A stretch of DNA of 64,000 bases from the NCBI GenBank assembly GCA_024103385.1, contig JAGFIT010000074.1, positions 45,766 to 109,765 of the forward strand, given 5' to 3'. The DNA comes from Vicingus serpentipes (GTDB taxonomy: Bacteria; Bacteroidota; Bacteroidia; Flavobacteriales_E; Vicingaceae). Position numbers and translations under genes: made by a program. The first letter of the stretch is position 1; each line of letters opens with the position of its first letter. The notes beneath the pieces are model-generated. The model was not told where the DNA came from and searched no databases. It was given only the letters and a program-made list of their open reading frames with translations. Below are positions 10,611 through 20,059 of the stretch, in pieces.

Positions 10611-11153
10611 TTAAAACACTTCCTTTTTACTTAATACATTCTGTAAATACACTCTCGCTCGAGAATATTGCGATTTCGAGGTGTTAACAGATATGCCTAA
10701 TTGATCTGCTATCTCTTTGTGTGAATACCCTTCAATAGCATATAAATTAAATACCGTTCTAAAACCTACTGGCATTGCCTGAATAACATTTAGTAAGTCT
10801 TTTGTTTTCATTGCTTCATATCCATTTAAACCTTCATTAGACAATTGATAATCCACCTTATCAATTTCTATATTATCATTCTCCTTTTTATTCTTACGAA
10901 TATTATCCAAAGCGGTATTAATTACCACCTTTCTAATCCAACCTTCTAAAGAACCTTCTTGGTTATATAAATCTAGTTTCTCAAAAACTTTTATAAACCC
11001 AACTTGCAATACATCTTTCGCTTCATCTTCATCCCTACTATACCTTAAACATACCCCCATCATCTTTCTCGAGTATAAATTGAACAAATACTCCTGAGCA
11101 GCACTATCTTTCTCAAGACACTTTTTTACTAATTGCTCATCTGTAATTTTCAT
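10611..11153 (-). CDS. ECF-type RNA polymerase sigma-70 family factor
   Basis: Region 2 (GWIRKVVINTALDNIRK) and a region 4 HTH (YSHKEIADQLGISVNTSKSQYSRAR). Confidence 0.9.
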   Translation of the reverse strand: MKITDEQLVKKCLEKDSAAQEYLFNLYSRKMMGVCLRYSRDEDEAKDVLQVGFIKVFEKLDLYNQEGSLEGWIRKVVINTALDNIRKNKKENDNIEIDKVDYQLSNEGLNGYEAMKTKDLLNVIQAMPVGFRTVFNLYAIEGYSHKEIADQLGISVNTSKSQYSRARVYLQNVLSKKEVF

Positions 11154-11324
11154 TTACTCTCCTAATAAGATGTTTTTTTTCGCCAAAAGGTTGCATGTAT
11201 TAATTTAAAATTAACCTAACCCTCCAAAATACCTAACAATAAAGAGTTCTTAATCTGCAACTTCTAACAAATTTAAGCATTTGAATTGTCAGTTTATGGT
11301 ATCTTTGAGAACAAATTGCTTTCT

Positions 11325-12014
11325 ATGCCAAAATTATACCTTATACCAACTCCTATTGGTAATTTAAAAGACATTACTTTGCGTGCCTTAGAATTATTAA
11401 ATAGTGTTGATATTATTTTGGCTGAAGATACCAGAACGTCTTCTAAACTACTAAAGCATTATGAAATCAATAAAAAATTAATTGCTTACCACCAACACAA
11501 TGAACACAAAATAACAACTCGTATTATAGATGCTTTAAAAAATGGTGAAACTTATGCTTTAATTAGTGATGCAGGTACTCCTGCAATATCTGACCCTGGT
11601 TTTCTATTAGTAAGAGAGTGCATAAAAAATAATATTGAAATAGAATGTCTACCAGGAGCAACCGCTTTTGTTCCTGCATTAGTTAATTCCGGGTTGCCTT
11701 CCGATAAATTTGTTTTTGAAGGTTTCCTCCCTCACAAAAAAGGAAGGCAAACTCGTCTGAGTTTTTTACAAAATGAAACTAGGACCATTATTTTTTATGA
11801 ATCTCCTCATCGTTTACTTAAAACATTACATCAATTTGGAGAATATTTTGGAGTTAATCAAAAAATTTCTATATCACGTGAGCTCACTAAACTGCATGAA
11901 GAAAACATCAGAGGAACTATTGCGGAAGTAATTAAGTATTTTGAAACCAATACCCTCAAAGGGGAGATTGTTATTATTGTTGACTCACCAAAAAATAACG
12001 TTGTTAATAACTAA
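11325..12014 (+). CDS. rsmI: 16S rRNA (cytidine1402-2'-O)-methyltransferase
   Basis: MPKLYLIPTPIGNLKDITLRALELL..ILAEDTR, SDAGTPAISDPG and FYESPHRL. The track ORF starts at a TTG (11286); ATG 11325 matches the usual N-terminus. Confidence 0.9.
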   Translation: MPKLYLIPTPIGNLKDITLRALELLNSVDIILAEDTRTSSKLLKHYEINKKLIAYHQHNEHKITTRIIDALKNGETYALISDAGTPAISDPGFLLVRECIKNNIEIECLPGATAFVPALVNSGLPSDKFVFEGFLPHKKGRQTRLSFLQNETRTIIFYESPHRLLKTLHQFGEYFGVNQKISISRELTKLHEENIRGTIAEVIKYFETNTLKGEIVIIVDSPKNNVVNN

Positions 12015-12076
12015 AACAGGTAAAAACTTTTCTATCAAAATCGCTTTTACCTAACTTCGTTTTTAAAAATAAATAT

Positions 12077-13366
12077 ATGGATATATCGCTACTAGAACCT
12101 ATTATTAATCAGAGAGTATCTGAAATGTCTGAAAATTTAATTGGTTCTGAAATTATAAAATTAGCAGGAGAAGTAAAAGCAAAAATTGCTGCTGGTGAAA
12201 AAATTCACAACCTAACAATCGGGGATTTTGATCCTTCTATTTTTCCTATTCCAAAGGAATTAAAAGATGAAATAATTAAAGCCTATCAAAATAATGAAAC
12301 CAATTACCCTGCAGCTAATGGAATACCTGAATTAAGAGAAGCTGTTGCTCGATTTTTACATACAAGAGAAGGTTTAGAGTATAATACTGATCAAATTTTA
12401 ATTTCTGGAGGAGCAAGACCTTTAATTTATGCTGTTTATCAAACCATTCTAGACCCGGGAGACACTGTTTTATTTCCAGTCCCTTCATGGAATAACAACC
12501 ATTACGCTCACCTTACAAGAACAAAAGCAATTGTTATTGAGACTAGCGTAGAAAATAATTTTATGCCAAAAGCACTAGAATTAAAGCCTTTCATCAGTGA
12601 AGCAAACTTAATTGCAGTATGTTCTCCATTAAATCCTACAGGGACTACTTTTTCTCAAAATGATTTAACAGAAATTTGTGATTTAATTATAGAAGAAAAC
12701 AAAAAAAGAGGTGACACAAAGAAACCAGTCTATTTGCTATATGATCAAATATACTGGACTCTAACACATGGTGAAACTAGACATTTTGACCCCGTTTCAT
12801 TAAGGCCTAACATGAAAAATTACACCATCTATATTGACGGTATTTCTAAAGCTTTTGCTGCTACAGGTGTTAGAGTTGGATGGGCATTTGGGCCTCAAAA
12901 AGTAATAGATAAAATGCGTTCTATTCTTAGCCATATTGGCGCATGGTCTCCGAAAGCGGAACAGGTTGCAACTGCTCAATACTTAGACAATGATGATGCG
13001 ATTGATGAATATTTATTCTCTTTTAAAAATGAAATTAATAACCGCTTAACTCAATTATATAAAGGTATTATCAACTTAAAAAATGAAGGATACGATATAG
13101 ATGCTATAGCTCCCCAAGCAGCCATTTACTTAACTGTAAAATTTGATTTAGTAGGAAAAAAAACTGCTTCTGGAAAAGCTCTAAATACGACTGCTGATGT
13201 TACTCAATATTTATTAGATGAAGCAAAACTCGCAATTGTACCCTTTTATGCTTTTGGTGCTGACAACAAATCTCCTTGGTATAGACTCTCTGTGGGCACT
13301 ACAAAAACTGAGAGTATTGATGAATTATTTAATCAATTAAAGCAGGCACTAAACAACTTAAGCTAA
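12077..13366 (+). CDS. Class I/II pyridoxal-phosphate-dependent aminotransferase
   Basis: PLP-lysine context ISKAFAATGVRVGW, SPLNPTG, and a length of about 430 aa. Confidence 0.85.
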   Translation: MDISLLEPIINQRVSEMSENLIGSEIIKLAGEVKAKIAAGEKIHNLTIGDFDPSIFPIPKELKDEIIKAYQNNETNYPAANGIPELREAVARFLHTREGLEYNTDQILISGGARPLIYAVYQTILDPGDTVLFPVPSWNNNHYAHLTRTKAIVIETSVENNFMPKALELKPFISEANLIAVCSPLNPTGTTFSQNDLTEICDLIIEENKKRGDTKKPVYLLYDQIYWTLTHGETRHFDPVSLRPNMKNYTIYIDGISKAFAATGVRVGWAFGPQKVIDKMRSILSHIGAWSPKAEQVATAQYLDNDDAIDEYLFSFKNEINNRLTQLYKGIINLKNEGYDIDAIAPQAAIYLTVKFDLVGKKTASGKALNTTADVTQYLLDEAKLAIVPFYAFGADNKSPWYRLSVGTTKTESIDELFNQLKQALNNLS

Positions 13367-13370
13367 CTAA

Positions 13371-14459
13371 ATGAATTCTAATAACTATTGTGTAATAATG
13401 GCCGGAGGAATTGGAAGTCGATTTTGGCCAATGAGTAAAACTGCTCGACCTAAACAATTTATTGATATACTAGGAACTGGAGAAACATTAATTCAACAAA
13501 CTTACAACAGATTAAAAAAAATTAGCCCTAAAGAAAACATATTTATTGTTACAAATGAACTCTATAAAGAACTAATAGCTGAGCAACTTCCTGAAATAAG
13601 TAATGAGCAAGTAATTTATGAGCCTGTAATGCGAAATACGGCTCCCTGTATCGCTTATGCCAATTATAAAATTGCTGCAAAAAACCCTAATGCTAATATT
13701 GTGGTTGCTCCTGCTGATCATCTTATATTAAAAGAGGATGAGTTTGTAAGAATAATTAACCTAGCATTAGCACATACTGCTAACACCGACAGCTTAGTTA
13801 CTTTAGGTATTACTCCTACCCGACCAGATACAGGATATGGTTACATCCAATTTGATTCCAATGATGATGAACTTGATACTGTCGTTAAAAAAGTAAAAAC
13901 ATTTACTGAAAAACCTGATTTAGAATTAGCAAAAAACTTTATTAGCAGTGGTGAGTTTTGTTGGAATTCTGGTATGTTTATATGGAGTTTGAAAAGTATT
14001 CAAAAAGCTTTTAAGGAACAATTGCCTACTATAGATGAAATATTTAAAGAAGGTATAGGTATCTATAATACAACTAAGGAAAAAAGTTTTATCGAAGCCA
14101 TATATTCCACTTGTAAAAATATTTCTATAGACTATGGTATTATGGAAAAAGCAAAAAACACATATGTGATTAGTGCTGATATTGGTTGGTCTGATTTAGG
14201 AACTTGGGGATCAGTTTATACTCACCTTCCACATGATGAAAATGCAAATGCTGTTTTAGGTAAAAATGTAATGCTCTACGATTCAAGCGAAAACATAGTT
14301 AACGTTCCTAAAAACAAGCTAGTGGTATTGCAAGGATTAAAAGATTACATTGTAGTAGAGTCTGACGACATATTACTTGTTTGTAAAAAACAAGAAGAAC
14401 AAAAGATAAAACAAATTGTAACCGACATTAAATTATCTAAGAATAAAAAATTTTATTAA
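13371..14459 (+). CDS. Mannose-1-phosphate guanylyltransferase-like nucleotidyltransferase
   Basis: N-terminal MAGGIGSRFWPMSK..PKQF, EPVMRNTAPCIA and GYGYIQ. Confidence 0.8.
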   Translation: MNSNNYCVIMAGGIGSRFWPMSKTARPKQFIDILGTGETLIQQTYNRLKKISPKENIFIVTNELYKELIAEQLPEISNEQVIYEPVMRNTAPCIAYANYKIAAKNPNANIVVAPADHLILKEDEFVRIINLALAHTANTDSLVTLGITPTRPDTGYGYIQFDSNDDELDTVVKKVKTFTEKPDLELAKNFISSGEFCWNSGMFIWSLKSIQKAFKEQLPTIDEIFKEGIGIYNTTKEKSFIEAIYSTCKNISIDYGIMEKAKNTYVISADIGWSDLGTWGSVYTHLPHDENANAVLGKNVMLYDSSENIVNVPKNKLVVLQGLKDYIVVESDDILLVCKKQEEQKIKQIVTDIKLSKNKKFY

Positions 14460-14469
14460 TCCAAGTATC

Positions 14470-14685
14470 ATGGGAAAAATAATTAATTACTCAAACAATG
14501 ATATCACCATCAAATGGACTCCTGATTTATGCACACATGCTGCAAACTGTGTCAAACTCTTACCAAAGGTATACAACCCTAAAGCTCGCCCATGGATAAC
14601 TATTGAAAATGCAAAAACTGAGGAACTTAAAAATCAAATCCAAGCATGTCCTTCAGGAGCCTTAAGCTATATCGAAAGAACATAA
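14470..14685 (+). CDS. Small divergent 4Fe-4S mono-cluster (Fe-S binding) protein
   Basis: 71 aa with the Cys pattern DLCTHAANC ... ACPSGAL. Resembles the small '(4Fe-4S)-binding protein' family common in Flavobacteriia. Confidence 0.6.
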   Translation: MGKIINYSNNDITIKWTPDLCTHAANCVKLLPKVYNPKARPWITIENAKTEELKNQIQACPSGALSYIERT

Positions 14686-14702
14686 TTTTTATTGTAAAAA
14701 CA

Positions 14703-15266
14703 CTATAGCCCTATTGCTATTCCTAAACGGATAATTGGATTAGGTTGTAGAAAATAAGACTCTTTAGTTTCATTTAAATTCCACAACGCTAAAAGATAAA
14801 AATAAGATGTCTTCCCCATCTGCTGTTTTAATCCACCTCCTACATAAAGGTTAATAATATTTAGCCTTTCTGCTCTCGCTCCTTCGATATTAATAACTTC
14901 TGTTTCTACATGAGCCAAAAAAGGTAAATCATCAAATAAGTACTCACCAAAAATCCTAGCTCCATAAATACTCGTGTTGAAGTTGATGCTTTTATCTTCA
15001 TAATAAATATAGTTCGCTCCAACTCCTGCCAATACATTATCTGTTAAATAGTACCCAACTGTTGGAGCAACCTCAACAAGAGTTATAGTTCCAAAAGTTA
15101 ACCCTAGCCCTCCACCAAGAGTAACTTTACTCCAATCAAAGCCTTTCTTAGGGATAGAAGGTTTAGCATTCTCGTCTGTATCTCCCAGCACATAAACATC
15201 TTCTTCCTGAGCAAATAAGAATGAAGAAAAAAATAGCGCTAATATTAAGAAAATAGATTTTTTCAC
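14703..15266 (-). CDS. Hypothetical secreted protein, probable small outer-membrane beta-barrel
   Basis: Signal peptide MKKSIFLILALFFSSFLFAQ. Alternating hydrophobic/Gly-rich strands, with an aromatic/aliphatic C-terminal strand. Confidence 0.5.
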   Translation of the reverse strand: MKKSIFLILALFFSSFLFAQEEDVYVLGDTDENAKPSIPKKGFDWSKVTLGGGLGLTFGTITLVEVAPTVGYYLTDNVLAGVGANYIYYEDKSINFNTSIYGARIFGEYLFDDLPFLAHVETEVINIEGARAERLNIINLYVGGGLKQQMGKTSYFYLLALWNLNETKESYFLQPNPIIRLGIAIGL

Positions 15267-15358
15267 CCCTCAAATTTACAAATATTATACAAAGTATTTT
15301 CTTATTTTAAACAGTAATTAATAGCAAGAAACCCTAACTTTACATTAAAAAAGAAAGA

Positions 15359-16591
15359 ATGTATTGGGAAAAATTATCACACGATGAAATCGCTAATCAA
15401 ATTGATAATGCTTTAGGGGAAAACATCAGTTACAAAACAAAAAATATACTTGGTGTTCCTGGCAGTTATTTAGACGAAGAACAGTTTTATGATGATGCTC
15501 CATTTATAGAAGACTCTCCTTTTTTAAAAACACTGGTAGCTAATCCCAATCATATAGGATGCCATACTTTAACAGAAAGTGCCGAACCTTTTTTTAAAGG
15601 AACACAAAAAATTGAGAAAGACTTAATAAAACTTTGTGCAGAAGAGATATTAGGAGGTAAAAAAAATGCTCAAGACGGTTATGTAGCTTCTGGAGGAACT
15701 GAAGCAAACATACAAGCTATATGGATTTATCGAAATTACTATATGAAAGAGTATGGTGCTGCTTCAAAAGAAATTGCAGTAGTTTACTCAGAAGACAGCC
15801 ATTACTCTATGCCCAAAGGAGCAAACCTATTAAATATTTCCTCTATTATATTAAGTGTAGACAATTCTACAAGGATGATTATACAAGAGGATTTAGAACA
15901 AAAAATAACAACTGCTAAAAATAAAGGTATAAAATATTTCATTGTTATCATGAATATGTCCACCACCATGTTCGGGTCTGTAGATGACATTGATAGGATT
16001 ACCTCCTATTTCAACAAAAATAATCTTCAACACAAAATACATGTAGATGGCGCTTTTGGTGGATTTATTTACCCTTTCACTAATGAAAACAGTCTATATA
16101 GCTTTAAGAATAATAACATCAATTCATTTACTTTAGATGGTCACAAAATGTTACAATCCCCTTATGGTACAGGTATCTTCATTATTCGAAAAGGATATAT
16201 GCAATATGCTCTTACTGAAGAAGCTAATTATGTACAAGGAAAAGATTATACTATTTGCGGAAGTAGATCAGGTGCCAACGCTATTTCTGTATGGATGATT
16301 TTAAAAGCGCATGGTTCTGATGGACTAAAAGTTAAAATGAAATCACTTGCAGATAAAACAAAATCGTTAGGTAAAAAATTAGAAAAATTAGGAGTTGAAT
16401 TTTACCACAATCCTTTTATTAATATTCTTACTATTAAAGGAAAATATATTTCTCCTCAACTGGCAAAAAAATATTTTTTAGTCCCTGATTCTCATGAGGA
16501 AAACCCTAGTTGGTATAAAATTGTAGTAATGAGTCATGTTAAGCAAGGAGTATTAGACAGTTTTATTATAGACTTAAAATCAGCCATTTAG
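15359..16591 (+). CDS. PLP-dependent group II decarboxylase family protein (substrate unknown)
   Basis: SGGTEANIQAIW, HVDGAFGG, and PLP-lysine context TLDGHKMLQSPYGTG. Confidence 0.75.
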   Translation: MYWEKLSHDEIANQIDNALGENISYKTKNILGVPGSYLDEEQFYDDAPFIEDSPFLKTLVANPNHIGCHTLTESAEPFFKGTQKIEKDLIKLCAEEILGGKKNAQDGYVASGGTEANIQAIWIYRNYYMKEYGAASKEIAVVYSEDSHYSMPKGANLLNISSIILSVDNSTRMIIQEDLEQKITTAKNKGIKYFIVIMNMSTTMFGSVDDIDRITSYFNKNNLQHKIHVDGAFGGFIYPFTNENSLYSFKNNNINSFTLDGHKMLQSPYGTGIFIIRKGYMQYALTEEANYVQGKDYTICGSRSGANAISVWMILKAHGSDGLKVKMKSLADKTKSLGKKLEKLGVEFYHNPFINILTIKGKYISPQLAKKYFLVPDSHEENPSWYKIVVMSHVKQGVLDSFIIDLKSAI

Positions 16592-16843
16592 AATAATCTT
16601 TTATCATCTCTGTCATAAATTTATTCCGTATTTTTTATCATATAAAAAATAAAGGAATTAAGAAAGCGTTGTTAATAAAATTTGTCAAATTAGGCTCAAA
16701 CACCTACCCTTAAAAACTAACTTGCTTGTTGAAAAATATAGTAGATAAAACATGTCAAAAAATTGAGTAATCTACTTTATACTTGCACAAGTATTTTTAC
16801 TGAGAAAGTACTTTTTTTATTAACCGATCAAACCCCTTTAAGA

Positions 16844-19474
16844 ATGGAGAAAACATTAAGTCAAACAGAAGAATCTACTCACACAACTGATGAAGTTTTG
16901 ACACCAAAGAATGAAAAATCTGGTGAAAGTCTACCAAAAACATATTCTTTTGATGAAGCTTTAGCTGAATCAGTAAAATATTTTAAAGGTGATGAATTAG
17001 CTGCCAATGTTTGGATTAACAAATATGCTCTTAAAGACTCCGAAGGGAACATTTACGAAAGTAATCCTGATCAGATGCACCATAGATTAGCAAAAGAAAT
17101 TGCTCGAATCGAAGAAAAATACCCTAACCCTTATTCTGAAAAAGAAATTTACGAGGTAATTAGAGACTTTAAGTACATCATACCCCAAGGAGGTCCAATG
17201 ACAGGAATTGGTAATAACTATCAAATTGGTTCATTATCTAATTGTTTTGTTATTGGAAATGATGGAAATTCTGACTCTTATGGCGGTGTGATGAAAGTTG
17301 ATGAAGAACAAGTTCAATTAATGAAACGAAGAGGAGGAGTTGGACATGATTTATCTCACATCAGACCAAAAGGAAGCCCTGTAAAAAACAGTGCACTAAC
17401 CTCTACGGGTGTTGTACCTTTTATGGAGAGATATTCTAACTCGACAAGAGAGGTAGCACAAGACGGAAGAAGAGGTGCTTTAATGTTATCTGTTTCTATC
17501 AAACATCCAGATGCTGAAAATTTTATTGATGCTAAAATGGATGGTACAAAAGTAACTGGAGCTAATGTTTCTGTTAGAATTGATAACGATTTCATGAAAG
17601 CTGTAAAATCAGACTCAGAATATCAACAACAATACCCTATTCATTCCGATTCTCCAAAATATACCAATACAGTACAAGCAAAAAAACTATGGGATAAAAT
17701 CATTCACAATGCATGGAAATCTGCAGAACCTGGTATTTTATTTTGGGACACCATCATTAACGAATCTATTCCTGATTGTTATGCCGATTTAGGTTTTAAA
17801 ACTGTATCTACTAATCCGTGTGGAGAGATACCTCTATGTCCTTATGATAGCTGCAGGTTATTGGCTGTTAATTTATACAGTTATGTAGAAAATCCGTTTT
17901 CTGAAAACGCAACATTTAACTATGAAAAATTCAACACCCATGTTGAAATGGCTCAACGAATCATGGATGATATTGTTGATTTAGAAATGGAAAAAGTAAA
18001 CAGAATCATTGAAAAAATAGAATCTGACCCTGAAGATATTGAACTTAAAAGAACAGAATTAAACCTTTGGCAAAAAATTAAAACAAAAGCGATTCAAGGA
18101 AGAAGAACTGGAGTTGGTATTACTGCAGAAGGTGATATGTTAGCTGCATTAGGGTATAAGTATGGAACACCAGAAGCAACTAGTTTTTCTACTGATATTC
18201 ATAAAAAATTAGCTGTAGCTGCTTATCGTTCTTCTGTTACTATGGCTAAAGATAGAGGTGCTTTTCCTGTATACGATTCTATCAGAGAAGAAAAAAACCC
18301 GATGATTAACCGTATTAAAGAAGCGGATGAAAATCTATACAACGACATGGTTAAATACGGTCGAAGAAACATTGCTTTATTAACTATTGCTCCAACAGGC
18401 ACAACCAGTTTAATGACTCAAACTTCTTCAGGAATTGAACCTGTATTTATGGTTTCATATAAAAGAAGAAGAAAAGTTAACCCTAACGATAAAAAAGTAA
18501 AAATAGATTTCGTTGATGAAGTGGGTGATTCTTGGGAAGAATACCACGTTTTTCATCACAAATTTACCACTTGGTTAGAAGTTAATGGTTACAATGCTGC
18601 TGAAGTTGAAAAAATGGATGAAGAAGAGCTAAATAAAATTATTGCAAAATCTCCTTACTACGGAGCAACAGCTAACGATGTTGACTGGGTAGAAAAAGTA
18701 AGACTACAAGGTGCTGTTCAAAAATGGGTTGACCATTCAATTAGTGTAACTGTTAATGTTCCTAACGAGTGCCCAGAAGAATTGGTAAGCCAAATCTACT
18801 TAACAGGATGGGAAGAAGGATGTAAGGGTGTTACTGTATATCGAGATGGTTCTAGAAGTGGTGTTTTAGTTTCTAACGATGAAAAGAAAGAAGAAAACAA
18901 GGAAGAAATCATTACTAAGTTTTTAGAAACGAATGCACCTAAGCGGCCTGAGAAATTAGAGGCCGAGATTGTTAAGTTTAACAATGAACATGAAAAGTGG
19001 ATTGCAGTGATTGGTTTATTAGATGGAAGACCTTATGAAATATTTACTGGTGGAGCTGAAGAATCTTTTGCTATACTCTCACACATTAGTAAAGGCTGGG
19101 TAATTAAAAGCAAATCTGAAGATGGAAAAACACGTTACGATTTCCAATATGAAGATAGCCATGGTTATAAAACTACTATTGAAGGTTTATCAAGAACATT
19201 TAACGAAGAATACTGGAATTATGCAAAATTAATTTCAGGAGTACTTCGTCATGGAATGCCTCTAAACTTTGTTGTTGAAATGGTGAACAACTTACATTTG
19301 AATGATGAGACACTAAATACTTGGAAAAAAGGGGTAGTAAGAGCTTTAAAAAGATACATCCCTGACGGAACTAAGCCTTCAGAGAATACTTGTCCTAGCT
19401 GCAAAGAACCATCTTTGGTTTACGAAGAAGGGTGCTTAAACTGCAAAAGTTGCGGGCATTCTAAATGCGGATAA
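16844..19474 (+). CDS. nrdJ: Adenosylcobalamin-dependent (class II) ribonucleotide reductase
   Basis: STNPCGEIPL, IAPTGTTSL, and a C-terminal Cys-rich tail CPSCKEPSLVYEEGCLNCKSCGHSKCG. The start is moved to ATG 16844 (MEKTLSQ); the track's upstream extension starts at a non-ATG codon. Confidence 0.92.
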   Translation: MEKTLSQTEESTHTTDEVLTPKNEKSGESLPKTYSFDEALAESVKYFKGDELAANVWINKYALKDSEGNIYESNPDQMHHRLAKEIARIEEKYPNPYSEKEIYEVIRDFKYIIPQGGPMTGIGNNYQIGSLSNCFVIGNDGNSDSYGGVMKVDEEQVQLMKRRGGVGHDLSHIRPKGSPVKNSALTSTGVVPFMERYSNSTREVAQDGRRGALMLSVSIKHPDAENFIDAKMDGTKVTGANVSVRIDNDFMKAVKSDSEYQQQYPIHSDSPKYTNTVQAKKLWDKIIHNAWKSAEPGILFWDTIINESIPDCYADLGFKTVSTNPCGEIPLCPYDSCRLLAVNLYSYVENPFSENATFNYEKFNTHVEMAQRIMDDIVDLEMEKVNRIIEKIESDPEDIELKRTELNLWQKIKTKAIQGRRTGVGITAEGDMLAALGYKYGTPEATSFSTDIHKKLAVAAYRSSVTMAKDRGAFPVYDSIREEKNPMINRIKEADENLYNDMVKYGRRNIALLTIAPTGTTSLMTQTSSGIEPVFMVSYKRRRKVNPNDKKVKIDFVDEVGDSWEEYHVFHHKFTTWLEVNGYNAAEVEKMDEEELNKIIAKSPYYGATANDVDWVEKVRLQGAVQKWVDHSISVTVNVPNECPEELVSQIYLTGWEEGCKGVTVYRDGSRSGVLVSNDEKKEENKEEIITKFLETNAPKRPEKLEAEIVKFNNEHEKWIAVIGLLDGRPYEIFTGGAEESFAILSHISKGWVIKSKSEDGKTRYDFQYEDSHGYKTTIEGLSRTFNEEYWNYAKLISGVLRHGMPLNFVVEMVNNLHLNDETLNTWKKGVVRALKRYIPDGTKPSENTCPSCKEPSLVYEEGCLNCKSCGHSKCG

Positions 19475-19491
19475 TTTCCAAAAAAGGATAT

Positions 19492-19535
19492 AAAAAAGCC
19501 CCGATTCCGATAGCTATCGGAATCGGGGCTTTTTT
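19492..19535. terminator. Bidirectional rho-independent terminator (34-bp perfect palindrome)
   Basis: aaaaa-agccccgattccgatag|ctatcggaatcggggct-ttttt, between convergent nrdJ and ORF 19534..20001. Confidence 0.8.
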
Positions 19536-20001
19536 ATGATGATACTAAATCTACCGAAGAAATGGTAATCAATGGTCCCTTATATGGTGATGGGCCTTGA
19601 ATTTCTCCATTAAAAAATAATCGATTGTTTTTAGCCAGTAATTCAACCTTGTATTGATGAGCTTGTTTTTTAGCAATCTTATCTTGAGAGATTTCTCCAA
19701 CTTTATTTCCGGCATAATAAACAACCAAACTTTGACTACCTTTTTCAAAAGGAATACCGTTGACTTGCTTCCCTTCTTTAAATATTATCATATCTGAACA
19801 CATCACATCCTTTTCTGCACAAACCCATTTAATTTCCAATAACTCTAAATCAATTGTATTGCTACTTACCACATCCAATGAATTGCCATAAACTAAATAC
19901 TGAAAATAAGTAATAGGCGTTTCTCCCTTGTTTAAACTTGGGTGAAGAGCAAAGACTCCAATCACACTCAATACAACAAATATGTTTTTTAAATGAATCA
20001 T
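19534..20001 (-). CDS. Hypothetical secreted protein
   Basis: 155-aa ORF with an N-terminal hydrophobic signal-like segment. No recognisable motifs. Confidence 0.55.
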   Translation of the reverse strand: MIHLKNIFVVLSVIGVFALHPSLNKGETPITYFQYLVYGNSLDVVSSNTIDLELLEIKWVCAEKDVMCSDMIIFKEGKQVNGIPFEKGSQSLVVYYAGNKVGEISQDKIAKKQAHQYKVELLAKNNRLFFNGEIQGPSPYKGPLITISSVDLVSS

Positions 20002-20059
20002 TTTAGTTGGTTAAATCCAAAAGTAAAACGATTAACAACACTAAAAGGTTGGTTTAGTA

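Noticed and set aside
16592-16843. A possible cobalamin riboswitch or other leader RNA in the 250-nt region upstream of the B12-dependent nrdJ. An inverted repeat agtagat..atctact and a palindrome acttgcacaagt are present.
   Set aside because: I could not find a B12-box-like sequence or the conserved GC-rich core of the riboswitch. The region is very AT-rich, and the short inverted repeats are weak. A covariance-model scan (Rfam RF00174) would settle it.
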